DNA from: Phycisphaerae bacterium | GTDB taxonomy: Bacteria > Planctomycetota > Phycisphaerae > UBA1845 > Fen-1342 | Length of the DNA: 64,000 nt | Direction of reading: 5' to 3' | NCBI GenBank assembly: GCA_028279405.1 | Contig: JANQNU010000026.1 | Coordinates: forward strand, 10,985-74,984 | In this document: positions 62,989 through 64,000 of the stretch, one piece after another | Numbering within the stretch: the stretch's first letter is position 1 | How the letters are laid out: each line of letters opens with the position of its first letter | The notes under the pieces: generated by a model | What the model was told of the DNA's origin: nothing | Databases searched by the model: none | Seen by the model: only the letters and a program-made list of their open reading frames with translations | Program-made: the position numbers and the translations under genes

Positions 62989-64000
62989 ACGACGTGCTGC
63001 GAGAGGTCGCCGCCCGCGCCGGCGCATGGATGCGCGGCGAAGGTCCGATGCACGAGATCGTCATCTCCTCACGCATCCGGCTGGCGCGCAACATCCGCGG
63101 ATACACCTTTCTGACCCGGGCCCATGACGCGAGCGTGCGGCAGGAAATCTGCGACACGCTACTCGCGGCGATCAAGCGTGCCGAGGTGCTGAAAGAGTTC
63201 GTTCACGTCGACGTCAACGCGCTCGACGAAATCGATCGCGGGATGCTCGTCGAACGCCATCTGATCAGCAAGCAACATGCCGAAGCGAGCGGGGCGCGCG
63301 CCGTAGTGTTCGACCGAGTCGAGTCGGCGGCGATCATGGTCAACGAAGAGGACCATTTGCGGATCCAGGTGATGCGCAGCGGGCTGCAACTCGACGAAGC
63401 CTGGGAGCAGATCAACCGGATCGACGACGGGATCGACACGCGCGTCGATTACTGCTACCACGAGCAGTTCGGATACCTGACCGCCTGCCCAACCAACGTC
63501 GGAACCGGCATCCGCGTTTCGGTGATGCTGCACCTTCCCGCGTTGCGTTTGACCAGTGAACTGGAGAAGGTCGGCCAGGCTGCCAAGGATCTCAAGCTGG
63601 CCGTTCGCGGGTTGCACGGAGAAGGCACGGAAGCGCTGGGCGATTTTTTCCAGATCTCCAACCAGATCACGCTCGGCCGCTCCGAGGAGGAGATCATCGA
63701 CGACTTCCGCAGCCAGATCATCCCGCAGATCGTCAAGTACGAGAAGATGGCGCGCGAGGCGTTGGTGAAGAGCCGCAGCTACGCGCTCGACGACAAGATC
63801 TGGCGAGCGATCGGCCTGCTGCAGAACTCGCGGCTGATGAGCTCCAACGAGGCTATGCAGTATCTTTCGCACGTGCGGATGGGACTGCATGTCGGTCGCA
63901 TGAAGGACATCGACCTGCAGACGATCAACGAACTATTCCTCCAGACTCAACCGGCACACCTGCAAAAGCTGCAGGGCTCGCGCCTCAACGGAGAGCAACG
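62985..64000 (+). CDS. mcsB: protein arginine kinase McsB (phosphagen-kinase fold); 3' end outside the window (absent from ORF track)
   Basis: My own translation from the ATG at 62985 is stop-free to the window end: MNDVLREV...SSRIRLARNIRGYTF...EEDHLRIQV...FGYLTACPTNVGTGIRVSVMLHLPAL...GEGTEALGDFFQISNQITLG. CPTNVGTG is the guanidino-kinase signature. Confidence 0.9.
   Translation, partial: MNDVLREVAARAGAWMRGEGPMHEIVISSRIRLARNIRGYTFLTRAHDASVRQEICDTLLAAIKRAEVLKEFVHVDVNALDEIDRGMLVERHLISKQHAEASGARAVVFDRVESAAIMVNEEDHLRIQVMRSGLQLDEAWEQINRIDDGIDTRVDYCYHEQFGYLTACPTNVGTGIRVSVMLHLPALRLTSELEKVGQAAKDLKLAVRGLHGEGTEALGDFFQISNQITLGRSEEEIIDDFRSQIIPQIVKYEKMAREALVKSRSYALDDKIWRAIGLLQNSRLMSSNEAMQYLSHVRMGLHVGRMKDIDLQTINELFLQTQPAHLQKLQGSRLNGEQ

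Noticed and set aside
1-64000. Mobile elements, prophage genes, toxin-antitoxin pairs, restriction-modification or other recognisable defence systems
   Set aside because: No ORF showed transposase, integrase, recombinase, phage structural, nuclease/methylase or known defence-domain motifs on inspection. Absence is based on by-eye motif reading only and should be confirmed with profile searches.

Overview
High-GC bacterial chromosomal segment; most sampled 60-nt lines are about two-thirds G+C or higher. The gene content looks planctomycete-like, which is an inference from these genes: a DUF1559/H-X9-DG pseudopilin-type protein, two TPR-tailed Ser/Thr kinases (one next to an ECF sigma factor), a futalosine-pathway radical SAM enzyme, and secreted proteins ending in dockerin-like acidic modules. 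I call about 50 protein-coding genes. Many are housekeeping: panB, birA, lysA, ribF, trpS, scpA, gpsA, frr, clpS, an asnB-type gene, an HtrA-type protease and mcsA-mcsB. These are interleaved with lineage-specific secreted and membrane proteins. Two genes run off the window edges and are missing from the ORF track: 1..951 minus and 62985..64000 plus. I recognised no rRNA, tRNA, CRISPR array, transposase or integrase. The strongest signal not explained by genes is a family of GC-rich mosaic hairpin repeats. It fills the four longest intergenic regions (about 14.4, 21.0, 22.6 and 57.2 kb), with a fragment at 44.4 kb. It includes a 34-nt segment that is identical in inverted orientation at two loci, a neighbouring hairpin with a compensatory stem change, and a 3 x 33-bp tandem array. 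Other leads are: (1) a fusion of an archaeal-type adenylate-kinase-like domain to a nucleoside-deoxyribosyltransferase-like domain; (2) a TraB/GumN operon ending in two tandem zinc-ribbon membrane paralogues; (3) a REC-GGDEF-HD-GYP gene followed by a PilZ gene; (4) a roughly 1-kb low-GC island carrying a nitroreductase-family gene; (5) a small hydrophobic ORF and an A/T-only tract next to a heme oxygenase gene; (6) a dockerin-like C-terminal module shared by three unrelated secreted proteins. All functional calls come from reading motifs by eye. No database search was run.
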